Of a stretch of 64,000 nt of DNA, positions 50,058 through 62,300 are shown in pieces (positions within the stretch are counted from its first letter, which is position 1; each line of letters begins with the position of its first letter). Under the pieces are notes generated by a model that was not told the DNA's origin, ran no database searches, and saw only the letters and a program-made list of their open reading frames with translations. A program made the translations under genes and the position numbers. This stretch comes from Raillietiella orientalis (Eukaryota): assembly GCA_036172245.1 (NCBI GenBank), contig JAYWIR010000009.1:682001-746000 (forward strand). The letters run 5' to 3'.

Positions 50058-50242
50058 GGCGGAGGAGGAGGAAGAAAGGGGAGGGAAGGAAAGAAGAAGA
50101 GGAAGAAGAGAAGGGGAAGAGGAGGAGGAGATGGAAGAGGAACAGAAGAGGATGAGGTGAAGGAGAAAGGACAGAGGAGAAGGAGGAGGAAGAGGAAAGG
50201 CAGAGGAGGAGGAGGAGGAATAAGAGGAAAGGAAGGGAAAAA
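50058..50242 (+). repeat. Polypurine low-complexity tract (GAG/GAA-rich)
   Basis: Almost pyrimidine-free run on the + strand. Confidence 0.9.
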
Positions 50243-50699
50243 GTCTCTCCACGAGCCTCAGGGATAGGGAAACATGCTGGTGGAATGAAAGGAAGGGGAA
50301 TTCGTCAAGGGCAAGGGCGTTATCGCCCACTCCGGCCCGGGTAGCTTCGGACACCTCGTGGCACGCGCCGACGTCTTGGGGCGCGCGAAGAACATTTCGG
50401 TGGAGGGTGCTTCTCAGCTTCCCTCCGGAAAAGAATGGAACCGAGGATGGCAAAGGAGTGATTCGGGAGTTCCCTCGCGTCCGCTTCTCCGGAAACGAAG
50501 TCTTTATCGAGTTCTTGAAATTGGAATAACGATAATGATTTCAGGCGTTTCTTGTTGTTCTAGTCTTTACAATAGCTTTCGTTGTCCTCCAGGGTAATTA
50601 TCTTAATTATTTCAGCGTTTCGCTATCCTTTCAGACCGAGCATCAGTCTTCCATCGTCATTTTAGTCTTTGATCATTGGTTGCGTCCCTCTTTATGGAT

Positions 50700-51700
50700 G
50701 CGGCTTTTCCGGAAGCGATCACCGTCCAGGGGGTGATGCGTCCTTGGAAACATGTCCGGTCGAGCCTGCCTGCCCGCCCGCCCCCGTGTGCGCTTTTCGT
50801 TTCCTCCCTACCGCAAGGCGACGCTGCGCACGAAATCGAACCGTCCATCCGGCGCATGCGCCGTTCCAACCCCTGCCGCTTTCACGCGCGCACTGGAGCG
50901 CACTTTTGTTGCAGCAGGGAACCGGCGGGACGGGGCAGTCCGTAGGGACGGGGACGCAGTCGTGGGCCAGGGAACGGGGACGGTCTCGAAGGGAGGTACG
51001 GAAGCGCCCGTGGCAACGGGACGCCAGAATTCGAGCAGTCCCGGAGACAGGACGCCTCCACGGCCGAGCGCCCGACCGACTTGCCACGCAGCTCGATGGC
51101 GCCGGGGGTCTGAGCCGCGCCCTGCATGACGGGCGCAGCTTGCGGGACCCGCTGTTATCGCAGCCAGCCCCCCGGCGTACGAAGGGCACCGCGGAGTGGG
51201 AAGGAGGCCGCTTCCCGTGAGACCATCGCAATCGCCTAGGATCGGAGGAGGCTCAGGGAGTCCGGGAGCACCGAAGCTTGGACCGACCTATGCGTGGGTA
51301 CCCTGCATCAGCAGGTGCTCCAGCAGCTGAGGAAGATGCTCCCCCACCGAACGCCAACCATCAGATGCGCCACTTTTCAACCGCCCATCATCAGTTCGAC
51401 TCCGTTGTTTTTTTTTTTCTTCTTTTTTCTTTCTCGAGCGAACTGCATCCGCCTCGGTGCCAACGAAACGCTCACTGCGCCACTATTCGCCGACTCGAAA
51501 AGAGTCGCTCGCTCCTCGCGGAGGAACTCACGGAATGGAGAGTTGCATTCGCGAAGTCAACCGCGTGCCCTCCGGCCGCGAGCGCGGCTGGGAACGCGCC
51601 GCCGAGATGAAGTGCCCGTCGAGCAGCCGAACCCGCCCGTGGATCACGCGAGGGGTGAGGCAGGAATCGCACCCAGAGCTTCCCGTCTGGCGCGCGAGGG
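50700..51700 (+). mobile_element. Probable decayed RT-thumb fragment
   Basis: KRPWQRDARIRAVP (resembles LxPWQKLxxxR...P) followed by DGAGGLS (resembles GGLG). Confidence 0.35.
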
Positions 51701-54700
51701 GACGGGGAACGGTCCGGTCGGCACACCAGAGATCCTGCGAGGGCGCAGCTACCACAACTGACGCGGACGGAAGTCTGGCGGGCCGATGGGTGTTTCTTAG
51801 CCCTTCCAACCTTGCTTGCTTCTCCCCTACCACATACCTTTCTTCTCCTCCTCCTCCCTTCCTCTTACTCACCCCTTCCTCCCTTCCTCTTCCTCACCCT
51901 TTTCTCCTGATTTCAGAGGTCACGGGAGTCGAGGAAGCGCTTCTCTGCCGGAGAACGTTGCTCTTCCTTCCAACGTCTGCCGCTTCCTTCGGATGCGAGG
52001 GTGGCTGAGCGCCGCTGGCGCGCGCGCCTCCCGGAACCCGGAGGGAGGGGTGGAGAGCGTCGGAGAGGCTGGCGAAGGGCTGTCGCTTGTCGCCCGAGTT
52101 CCTTCGGCGACCTCGCGCGGGTCGGAGGGACAGCTCCTCCTCCTGCAAGCTGGGAGAGGGCGAACGATCGCGGGAGACTCCCCGCGACCCCTGCTCCGGT
52201 TTGTTCCCCACCTTGTTCTCCCCCTTTGGAGGGAGGAGTCACTCCTTTCGGAAGGAGGCAGGGGAAAAAAAATTCCCAGGGAGACGAGCGGACTCGGCCG
52301 CGGCGCAGACGCAGCCGTTGCGAGGGAGCTCGGCTCCGGTCTGCTCGTATAGAGGGAATGGCAAAGGAAGGGTCCAGGGAGGTCCTCCCGGGTGCCTGCT
52401 CGCCCCAGGAAACAATCAGTGGGAAATCGCCTCTGGAGGCGCAGAGCGGGGGAGACCTGACTGCTTCCCCGGTCGAACGCAATCGTCTCGCGCTGGGGAC
52501 GCCATGAAATATTCAGTGCGCGCCCCGGGATGGCGGGTATGAAAGGGCGCGAGCGGGCGGCTCCTCTTCCTCCAGAGGAGGGCTGCACGAGGGCGTCCCA
52601 AGTTCAGCTCTCCTACCCCCTCCTGCTACTGCAATCTTCGTTAGCCGCGCCTCTTCCTCCCTGCTTCCCCCTGGGGAGACCACAAACTTCGTCCCTCTTC
52701 CCCCCTTCTTCCTTTCCCTCTGCGGCCGATGAGCAGCACCCCCGGGCACCTGCCAACGTATCTCTCCCGCAAATGCACGCCCCGAGCCCGCTTCGCCCTC
52801 TAGAGACTTTGCTTTCCTCCCCCCCCCCCGCCGCCGTCCACCAATAGGATAGCAGCGCGGGCCTCTACGTCAGAGCTGTCACGTGACTGAGAAAATGCCG
52901 CATTGTTGGTGCGTCTCCGCGGATGGCGCTGCCGCCACGTTTCCGGCGCGGGCGTGTCGTCCGTCTTTTTTTGCGGGTGCTCGCTCGCCCGTTGCCAGGG
53001 GAACGAGAGCAGGAGAGGAAGGACCAGCTGCTATGGGCGCAGGGAGGACCGAGGGCTTCAGGCCGTCCCAGGGGCAGCCATGTTGTCGCCTCGCCCCGGC
53101 AAGGCCCCTTCCTCGGGATCGAAACCAGCCGGCTGCCGGCGTGACGTCATCGGCGTGGAACGCGGGTCGCCCTCCCTTCGCCTCTCCCCGGAAGCTGAAC
53201 GCCCTTTCCCGGGGAAGCGGAAAACTTTCTCGTCAGCGGCCGGGAAGTCCTGGAAAATCACCCGTCCCGAATCGGGAGAGGGGAAGGGGGCGAAGATGAC
53301 TCACCCCTCCCGTTGCTCCGCGCGATGTGACGATGGCGGGCTACCAGAAGGGGCAAGGAAGGGGAAGGGGAAGACGAGGCGTGAGCCCCTCCCTGGATGA
53401 CGAATCCCCTCGTCTCTCGACCCTACGGAACGAAAACACCTCCCGGAGCCCATAAATCTTGGCGGGGTTCTCCCTCCACCCCACCCCTCCACCCCCCTTT
53501 CCCGCCCTTTCGTGCGCGTGTCGGCTCCCCGTTCCCGGGAAGAACGGACCGTCGACGGATCGCCTTCACGACGGCCGGCCGTTGCTCGGGACGCGCTGCA
53601 AGGTATTCGGGGAAGCGGCGGAGCGGATGCTGGGGATCTGTCCGAGGGCCTGCCTTCCCCCGGGCGGGATGGTACCCTCACCGGGAGCGCTCCCCCCTTC
53701 CTCTCGGCCAATCCTCATCTCGCCGTTCACCTTCGGTTGGAGCGATGTCCCCGAAGCGAGACTGGACACGAGCCGTTCTTGCCAAAGGGCAGCTTTGCCT
53801 CCCGGGGAAAAGCGAAAGGGCACCCGCCCGCCCTCACTAAGGGGAAATCTTCCGAAGTAAGGGGAGCTTCCAAGGGGGGGCCTTGGTGTACGCAGAGGAG
53901 AGTCGCGGAGGCGCTCGCTGCGCCCCTTGAGCCCCCCGGCAGCCTACGGAAGCTTTTCTCAGTTAGCCTCTCACTCAGGTTCCCCCCCACCCACCCCTCT
54001 CTCTCCTTTTTTTTTTTTTTGGTCTTCGGTGCAAGGTTTTCATTGGTCTCTTGGCATGGGCTGCATCCGGACGAATCTCCGATTGGAAGCTTTGAATTTT
54101 CCCGGGAAACCTGCCGTGAGGGGAACAGGATTCTTTTTTTTCTTTTTTTTCCCCTCCCCTTCCGGTTTTTTCGCTTCCAGCGGGGACGCTTCTGGAAAGC
54201 GGAACCGGCTGAAGAAATGGGACGGGAGCGCACGCCCTCGGACCTGCCAGTTTTTTCGTTTCCTGCCTCGCCGAGTGGGGGAACCGTCCGCCGGTGTGTG
54301 CCCGGAGGTAGACGGGAAACAGCGGCAACGGGGCAGTCGAATGCTCTCGACCGGGGGCTGGGCAATACCTTTCGCCCCCTGATGGCTCCTAGGGATGGCA
54401 GCGGCGTGGACGTGAAAGCGAAAGTGCGTTTCGAGGCGCAGGGAAAAGAAAGCACGCGCGGAGCACGGAGGAAACAACCAAAAAAGGAAGACGCCCTCTG
54501 CCTTTATTTGGCACCCACCAGTGCGGAAGAAGAGCCACATTTCTTGGCTTCGAAGGAGGGGAGGGAGGACCGCTGGTCGGCTGCCGGAAAAGTGGAAACC
54601 CGAACAACGGGAAACGCGTGCGTCCGGACAGTGCGGAGTGCCATCTCTGGGAGAGACGCCACACCAAGAGCCTTGCTTCCGGCCCCTGCAGTATGGCATT

Positions 54701-55100
54701 TTTTTCTTCAGCCCGCTTGAGGGGTCATTCAAGCACTGAGCAGGGGATGCGGACGTTGATAAGAAGAAGCCCCTCCATGCCCTGGGTCGTCCTCGCCTCA
54801 CCTTAAACCAGTGTGTTCTCTTCCTTGCCTCCCCAGCTTTGCCAGTCGCCCCCAGCGGCTGCCAGGTGGGCTGAGACGCGCCTCCGCAAACGAACGGATT
54901 CCCGAGGAGGCGGTCCTCACTCAGGTGGCTCTCTTCGCTGCCTGGGCTCGTTGCCTGGGCGCGTGGGGAGCGCTGGGTGAGAGTGGTAGAGCTGGGAAGA
55001 AGGGGAGTGCACGCACGGAGGATGGCAAGGAGTGACGCCATGGGCAGGCCTGCAGCACTAGCTCAGACGGGCGGCGCCATCCCTGCCGCTTGTTTCTCTA

Positions 55101-55279
55101 GGAAGGGAAAGCGGAAGGAGGAAGAACGGAGTCGAAGTTCCTCGCCTTCGTGGTGATGGGCGCGACCGTGACGAGACGGTGGCCGCACCTTCGTCCGCGC
55201 GCCCTACCGCCGCTCCTTGGGAGCGTTCGCCTTGCTCCTCCGAAGGGTGGCAGAACGCAGGGGTGCCAACACCATTCGC
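55101..55279 (+). repeat. Dispersed direct repeat (partner ~59457-59618), probable retroelement 3' end
   Basis: Shared GCTCCTTGGGAG...TCGCCTTGCTCCTCCGAAGGGTGG...GCAGGGGTGCCAACA...CCATTCGC. Confidence 0.85.
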
Positions 55280-55299
55280 CTTCCCGGCCCCAGCTCGCA

Positions 55300-56800
55300 C
55301 CCTTTCCCGCTGCCGTTCCTCCCTCCACGCGAACCAGACAGCTGCCGCAGAGAAGCGACGCGACGAGTCCCGGGCAGGGCAGCGCACGGGTGCGCCGCGC
55401 GCATCCGTCGTCAAGCGAGAAGGTTTGTTGTTCTCGGGCATTTCCAGGAACCTGGAAGCTCAGCCCGCAGTCCACGGAGGACCCGGAAACGCGGGTCTCC
55501 TCGAGGCGGGTCGCAACGGAGGTGCCGTTTCTTCGCTCCTTCGGCAGCGCCGCCGTTGCGTAACGCCCGCGGGACGTGAGGTTACGAAGGCGCCGTGCAG
55601 TACCAGAGGGACAGGAGATCCGTGGCGGAGCCAGAGAAGCGGGGGTGGTGGGAAGACAGGCGCTCCCTACGGGCGGGCCCTCGCACCGCCAAGGCGCGTG
55701 CGCGCGCGCGCACGCATTCCGGAAGCGCTTTCGGAGGAGCGGGTGCGGGGGCGCTTCCGACGGGCGCTACGGAGGCTCCCAAGCACGCGTCTCCCGGAAG
55801 CGACAGCTGCTAAGTGAGTTGGCAACAATTAGCGGGGCGACCGCGGGATGGGCGTTGCCTACGTCTTCGTTACCGCGCTCGCCCGTGGAAGCGATCGATA
55901 ATGGGGCGTCGCGCAGGGGGAACGCCGAGCGAATGGCAGAGGTGGTCGTCCCGCGCCGATTCCTTCCGGTCAGCAGATCGCGCAGGAGGGAGAGGAGAAG
56001 AGGCAGCTCCGCGTCCCGCGTCTGGGCGCGGCCCTCCGCCCTTCTTCGATCTCGAAGGAGCCCGATAAGTCATGACGGATAGCGGCCCCTCGCATTCCAA
56101 AAGAGCGGCGGGATATTCACCCGGTTGCCCCGGGGTGTTCATTTTAAAGAGCGCAAGTATGGCAGGACATGACGTCCCAACGAGTCTAGAAATTCCTGGG
56201 GCTGCCGACAAGGTCCGCAGCGGGGAGGAAGAAAATGAAGAAGCAAATATATATATATATATTTTAATGGTTGGAGAGCGGGCAAGGGAAGGGGCCGCTC
56301 GCTCCGTCGCTTCCTCTGCGTCACACGCAAGCTCCACCTGATGGACTCTTCGCGATCCCCACGAACGCCGTTGCCAAGTGAACGGCTTGCCCGCCATCTC
56401 TGGGTGTCGACGCGACGCCACGACGCGCAGGCGGGCGGCAGCAGCGCGCGGCCCTCCGCACGTGGAGACGCGCTTCAGCAACGTCACCGGGATTGCCCAC
56501 CGGGATGGAAGGTCCCCCGATTTCTGGAGGGCAACACGACGCACCAGCAGGTGCGGGAGGGCGCATTCCACCCCAACTCGCGCCTGGCCGGTGGTGCCGC
56601 CACTTCAGGGAAGGAGAGATCCGTCCGCCATCCCCCGGGGGCGCCTGAAGCTCGTCCGATGCGATGCGGAAGAGTCCAGCCCAGCGAGCAAGTCCTTCGG
56701 CAGGGGCGGGTCATCCGCCGGCAGTGCAGCGACGAGCAGCGGAAACTGTCGGCAGTGGAGATGCCATCTTTCTCGGGAGGAGAGTCCCGGGAATCGGTCC
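55300..56800 (-). mobile_element. Decayed non-LTR reverse transcriptase
   Basis: LAGLDS (resembles APGPDG), LQKSGDLPSRWAIPVTLLK (resembles GxxPxxWKxxxTVLIxK), EFLDSLGRH and GVP...APLS, in order. Confidence 0.55.
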
Positions 56801-57081
56801 ATCAGTGGCTGCAAGCGTTTCCTCCTCTCCCGGCTCCACAAACGAGGAACAGTACTCTTGCCTGGGGGTGAAGGCCGTTTCGGTGCTTTTCCCGGCTCCT
56901 GCAGCCGAGACGCCACGGGTTCGTTCCGGAGCAGCTCCGCCCCTACGATGTCTTCGGGACCATGGAGCAGCGGAAAGATCCCTCCCGCGCGGTCTCGCGA
57001 GCGAGGATGAATTCGTGGGCCGGAGAGGAGGAGAAACTTGGGAGACTCCGCAGTGGAAGGGCGGTGGTATGCGCGCGAACA

Positions 57082-57630
57082 GCAGCGCCGCGTCAGTCTC
57101 GGTGGTGGTGGCGCTCTGCTCTTCGCTCGCGCGCCTCGGAAGGGACGGATACATCCGAGTTCTCAGCGCGCGCGATGTCCGCGCTCGGCACTCGCGTCCA
57201 ACAGGACACTCGTGGGGGTCGTCCGGGGCAGGATTTCGAAGTTGCTGCCTCAGCAAGCTGACCGATGGGTCCGGCCACCAGGCGTTTCCTGAGTCCGGAG
57301 ATTTCTGGAGACGCAGGAAAAATATTCCGAAGGAAAGAGTTCCAAGGAATCTCAATAACGCCACATCGAATTTCACGCGAATAGGTTCCGCTTCCCGACA
57401 CCCAACAATCCGAGGAGCTGCTCTTCGCTTCCGGCCACCTCCGGGGCTACTTCCAGCTGCCATGTGCGAAGAGAAAGGCCGCGTGCCTCCAACTGAAGGA
57501 GGGCACAGAGCTGCCCGAACCGAGAGGAGGGGTCACCGGTTGCAAAGATGGCACTCCCGGAAGATTCTCCTAGAAGAGTGATCCTTCCCTGCGGGCGTCG
57601 GGTGCTGCCGCATGGGTGACCTGAGCTGTC
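57082..57630 (+). repeat. Left arm of a ~550-bp diverged inverted repeat (partner ~58395-58963)
   Basis: The first 40 nt are identical to the reverse complement of 58924-58963; further shared blocks include GCAGAG.TGCCCGAACCGAG.GGAGGGGTCACCGGTT-like sequence. Confidence 0.9.
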
Positions 57631-58394
57631 CGCCTCGCAGTTTGGTGCTTAGGAACGCGAAAACCGGTCTTCGGCAGGTCCCACAGAGCGGTCAGCTTTC
57701 CCCTTCTTCCTCCCTTCCTTCTCGCTTAAGGCGGATAAGAAGATGATGGTGGCCAGGCCCACTCTTTTGGGCCCTACCGCGAATCATCCAAGGAGGCTTC
57801 TCCCAGGTCGCGGATGGAGTCAGTTAAGGCGGGGTCAGTGTCCGTCACGCACACCCACGAGCCCTCTGCCTCCATGCGTCGTGGTATACGGGGACGGCAG
57901 GAGACCCACTGGAGTTCCTCCTACAGGCAGCAATCCGCCTCCGTGGGGATCCCGAGAGGTTTCATCCGATCTCGGTTTCCAAGTAGCCGAGATGTCGATC
58001 GCTTGCAAGGGATCGCACGCCGTGGGACGTCGCACTCCACAAGCCACCAGTCGTGCGTCCACTTTGCGGACATCGAAGCCATCGCTCTACAGTGGAGCTG
58101 CAGCTCCATCTTTTACAGCATGAGAGTTCTTGTCCAGCATCTTTCCGAGGGGCATCGGGGTCAACTTTTTCCCGGCCATGCAGGGGGGTCCTTCAGCCTC
58201 AGAGTCTTTCCCTCCCTGCCGGTAGGTCTCTGCTGCGTGCCTCGAAGACGGAGGAACCGGTGCAGCGGAGAGGGTGATTTCCCCGGGCAGGCCAAAGTCC
58301 TCTGCAGCTCTCTGCCCACCATCCCCTCGCTGTTCTTCCTGCATCTCGGTGGAATGGAAAGCAGACGGTCACTTGGAAAGGATTGGCTCTCGGG

Positions 58395-58963
58395 AGCAGG
58401 TCAGGTTACTGACGCGGTAACACCCGACTCCCTCAAGGAACTACTGCTCCTCTAGGAGGATCTTACGGCAGTGCTACCTTCGTAACCGGTGACCCCTCCG
58501 CTCGGTTCGGGCAACTCTGCCCCCTGCCTCACGTGGAGACACGCGGTCTTCCTCTTCGCTCGGGAGCTGGAACTTTCTGGGCCTGGCGGACTTGGGAGCG
58601 CGGAGGGAAGCGCGTGACCTCAGCTTTTTTTTTTTGTTTTACTTTTTATTTAAAAAGGAAAAAAAAAAAAACGTGGCGATTCGGGCAGCGCGGTGCGGCG
58701 CTCTTCGGAGTCGCAACCGAAGCGCGTCCTGGAGACAGAAACGGATCGCGCGCGGCCTGTCCCAGACTCCCTGCCGAAGACTCCTCTGGAACAGCGGTGG
58801 GCTCACCGTCAGCAGCTTGTTGGATTCGTTCCGGGTCCCCTGGAAGCCGCAGGTGCCGAGTGCGAACGTCCGCGCCCGGCGAGACCTCGGACTTATCTGT
58901 CCCTTCCGAGGAGAGCGAGCGAGGAGCAGAGCGCCACCACCACCGAGACTGACGCGGCGCTGC
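58395..58963 (-). repeat. Right arm of the ~550-bp inverted repeat
   Basis: Reverse complement aligns with 57082-57630. Confidence 0.9.
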
Positions 58964-59639
58964 CGTCGGGCGCTCCCTGCGGGCAGCGAGAGCCGCAGGA
59001 TCGACGCGTCCTCTGCTCGCCGCCGCCGCTCCGTTTCTTGCGTTTGTCTTTACCCCCCTCCCCTCCCCCTCCCCGCGCATTGGAGCATGCAAACCGAGCA
59101 GCTCGCTGGCGGCAAAATCCGCCTTCAAAGCGCGGTGTCTTCCCGCCTTCTTCCAAAGGGGAACGAGCCGCCGCTTCATTCTGTGCTCGTTCCCGGTTGT
59201 GCAGCTCGGATCCAGTCCTTCCCTTTCTGTGGAGCTCCTCTCTCCCGGATGCACCTTCCCCGGCGGACTTCCGAGTCTTCTGAGTTCTCGCGTGACAAGG
59301 CGCGCCCGGATAATACGGGGCGAGGCTGGAGGACCCCTCGTCTTTAGCGAGGGGTGACGCGCGCGCCAGCGTGGCAGGATTCGGCAGGAAGGGGGACATT
59401 CGGAGACCTCAGATGGCCTCGGCGAGCCTCTTGCTTGGTTCGAAAAGTCTTCCTCGAAGAAGGAAAAGCGGAAGGAGGACAGGGATGGAGCCGAAGTTCC
59501 TCGTCTGCGCGGCGAGGCTGCGGCGGCTTCTTCACCCTTCACCGCCGCTGCTCCTTGGGAGAGCTCGCCTTGCTCCTCCGAAGGGTGGAGGCAAGCAGGG
59601 GTGCCAACATCCATTCGCAGCCAATCGGACAAGTGACCT

Positions 59640-62300
59640 TCCGACCGAAGCATCCCGTGGAAGACGTGGAACTGCCGAAGAGAAGAGAGCTCTGGCAGGC
59701 AGCTTCCCCAAAGGACCAAAGCGATCAATCCAGGATCACTGGACGCGCGAGGTGCTCGCATCCTCGACACCGAGCGGTTCGACGGCGCAAAAGTCTTGAA
59801 GACGCCTGTGAGCATCGCGTTTGGGAAGCGCTCTCAGGGAGGCGCCAGGGAAAAGGCTCTTTCGGAAGCTGCGTTCCACTCTCTGACGCGGTCGTTGACT
59901 GCGGCAGGAGTTCTTTCGGGACCGGAGCAATTCCCTGTACCGCTTCCCTCGCGTTGATGCAGGGACGCATAAAACATCGTGACACGGGTGTGGATCGCGG
60001 AATGCCAACAGCGGGACGACACCCGCGTTGGAGAAAGAGGAGCTGCGAACACTTGCCGGAAGACAGATTGGCAGAAGGGGGAGCTAACGATCTCGTGGTT
60101 GGAAATCACTTGCATTTATAACACCTCCGACCTCGGTTGCATGGAAAGACGCATCGGCTGAAGGAGAGGCCCTCTCTCCTTTCATCTCCGGGCTCACCCG
60201 CTCGAGCGATTCCCGCTGTCTGCGCATCGCGCGGAACGGTTGCTAGGGTCACGAGGCTTATGGGAGTGGTTGCGGCGCGCAAATTCTGTTTCGAATCCCT
60301 GCGGGGAATTTCTTTTCAGCCGGCCCGAGCGTGCACTCCCGCGCCTGGAGAGGCACTCTGAGTAGCAGGAACGTCAGGAGCGATTCAGGAGGAGGGCAGG
60401 ACCTGAGAGAACAGCTGCCATTTAATAATGCCAAGTCGTTTCCATGTTCCTGACGGATGGAGATCATCAGCAAGGGGGTTGATCCCATCTGGGACGAACG
60501 CGATGACTTTGCAGTCGATCGGGAACAGCATTCCCTCTTTCGTCTCCTCCCCCTCCGTTTCAGGGTGAAAGAGATGCGAGACGAAGGTAAAGCCTGCGGA
60601 CGGAAACCGCTTCCCAAAGAGCAGCTAGTCGGTTCCCTGGCGACGTCTCCGGGAACGTCCGCTCTTCTTTGTGCTCGAACATCAAAAGACGGGATCTCTG
60701 CTTTCTGGCAGCGACCGTCAGCGGCTCCCACCGGGAGAATTTCCGGTCTTTTCCCACAGCTCCTGCATCAACCTCTGCATGTGCAGGAAGATTCGGAGAC
60801 ACCGTTCCCGGGAAACCAGGAAAAGAGGAAAGCATGAGAGCTGCAACGAAAGTTCACCCGGGATAAGCGCAGTTCTCTGGTAAGGTCAGAGAAGTGCGGC
60901 TGGAATCCAGGAAGATTGGGATGTTGAGAATCCCATCGAAATGGAAAAAGCGACAAGAATCCTGAAGGCATTGGAACTGCTAACCCATTTCGAGAGGGTT
61001 GCAGCAAGGAGAACCTACTGATTCTGTCGAGAATGGCCCTTAAGGTTCAGCCTTCTCCCAACTGCCAGGACTCAGCCATTCCTGCCCTCCGGCAGGATCG
61101 AAAAATAGCAAATTGCACAGGTTTCGGCGAGCAGAAGGGTCGCAACGGCACGCGGAGCAGGGTGTTTGTGAGGGAGGGGTGATCTTACCTGGGGTCGCGG
61201 TCTAGACAGACCATGATGGTAACAGCAATTTCTTCAGAGAGATCCTAAAGGTCTTGTGAGAAGGGTTCCATGAGAACAGCGGGTTGAGCCGATCCTAGGT
61301 CCCTGGTGATGGAGATCTCTCAATGAAGAGGACTTTGTCCATGAACTCGCTCGGTCTTTCCTAACTACGGGATTCAAACAGGAAGCACTTCCAAAGTCCT
61401 GAACGAAGGAGCTTTGGTTCGGATCGTGGTCCCCATTCTAAGGTAGAAGTCCTTCGCCCCTTGCCAAAGAATTCTGCAAGCGTCTAAAAGAACCAGGGAT
61501 CTCAGCCATCGCCATCACCTCTGACTTCATTTCTTGCAATGATGGATGAATCGCTTCGTGGGAAGGGCAAGGTCGAGGACAGTACATGTCGACGGAACTT
61601 GGAAGATGGACCGCAAGATGGGACGGCCACTCCCTTGAGGAGTCAACTGGGTGATGCAGACACCAAAAAACAAAAAAAAGAAGGAAGCCTTCCATTCAGC
61701 AAAACATAAAGGTCGTCTCATCATGAATGAGGACGGCAGCAGATGCTTCTAACTTCCAACGCAAACTTCTCCTGGATGGAAGAAACTGCGAAAGTGCAAG
61801 GCTCGCAGGCCCGTTGGTTTTAAGAGCGAATGAAGCCATCCATCTTCCTTTGGGACGTTGGAGCGTTGGACACAGGGCATGAAAGGAGTGGAATCAGCTA
61901 GCCGATCGGTCATGGCCATCGCTTGCTGTTGTTTTCCCGCAGGAAGTGCGTCACCAGCACGCCAACGCCACCACCACAAAGGAAACCGTTCCCGTTCCTG
62001 CGAGCTACCGAATTTCAGCGTCCGGTGCAAGCCAGCGCAAGGGGGAACCCAAATTTACCCCCGACTGAGCCGATAGGGAGATTCCTGCGTGGATCTCCAG
62101 AGGGCGTCTCAGATTAAAGCTACAAAGAGCGACAGAGGAATGTTCCGGAGAAGTCATCTTCCTTCTCCCTCGACTCCTTCAAGAGCTTGTATATGCGGAG
62201 GCAGAGAGTGAAGGACGATACGTGTGCACCCAGTCTCTGTACCATTCGTCGTTTCCAGCCTCTTCCGCCCCAATGCATCCTCCAGTTCCGGCGACAGCCA
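59640..62300 (-). mobile_element. Most complete decayed RLE-type non-LTR retrotransposon in the window (5' part probably continues to the window end)
   Basis: Colinear remnants: HIQAL (~62185), VPKED (~61850), EGFL..CLHH (~61680), VLDLA..SHEAI (~61570), QG..LNPLF..MEP (~61290), RAVATLLLAET (~61140, YADD-like), GRRLNLK, RCYKCK..SLA.LL.ICLP zinc knuckle (~60060-60130), WHSAIHTRV (RH-like) and LVLWGSC.P (~59710). Many stops and frameshifts. Confidence 0.7.

Noticed and set aside
59605..59670. ATGCTTCGG...GCGAATGG on the minus strand as an HDV ribozyme 3' half
   Set aside because: Could not form P1, P1.1 and P3 with upstream sequence.
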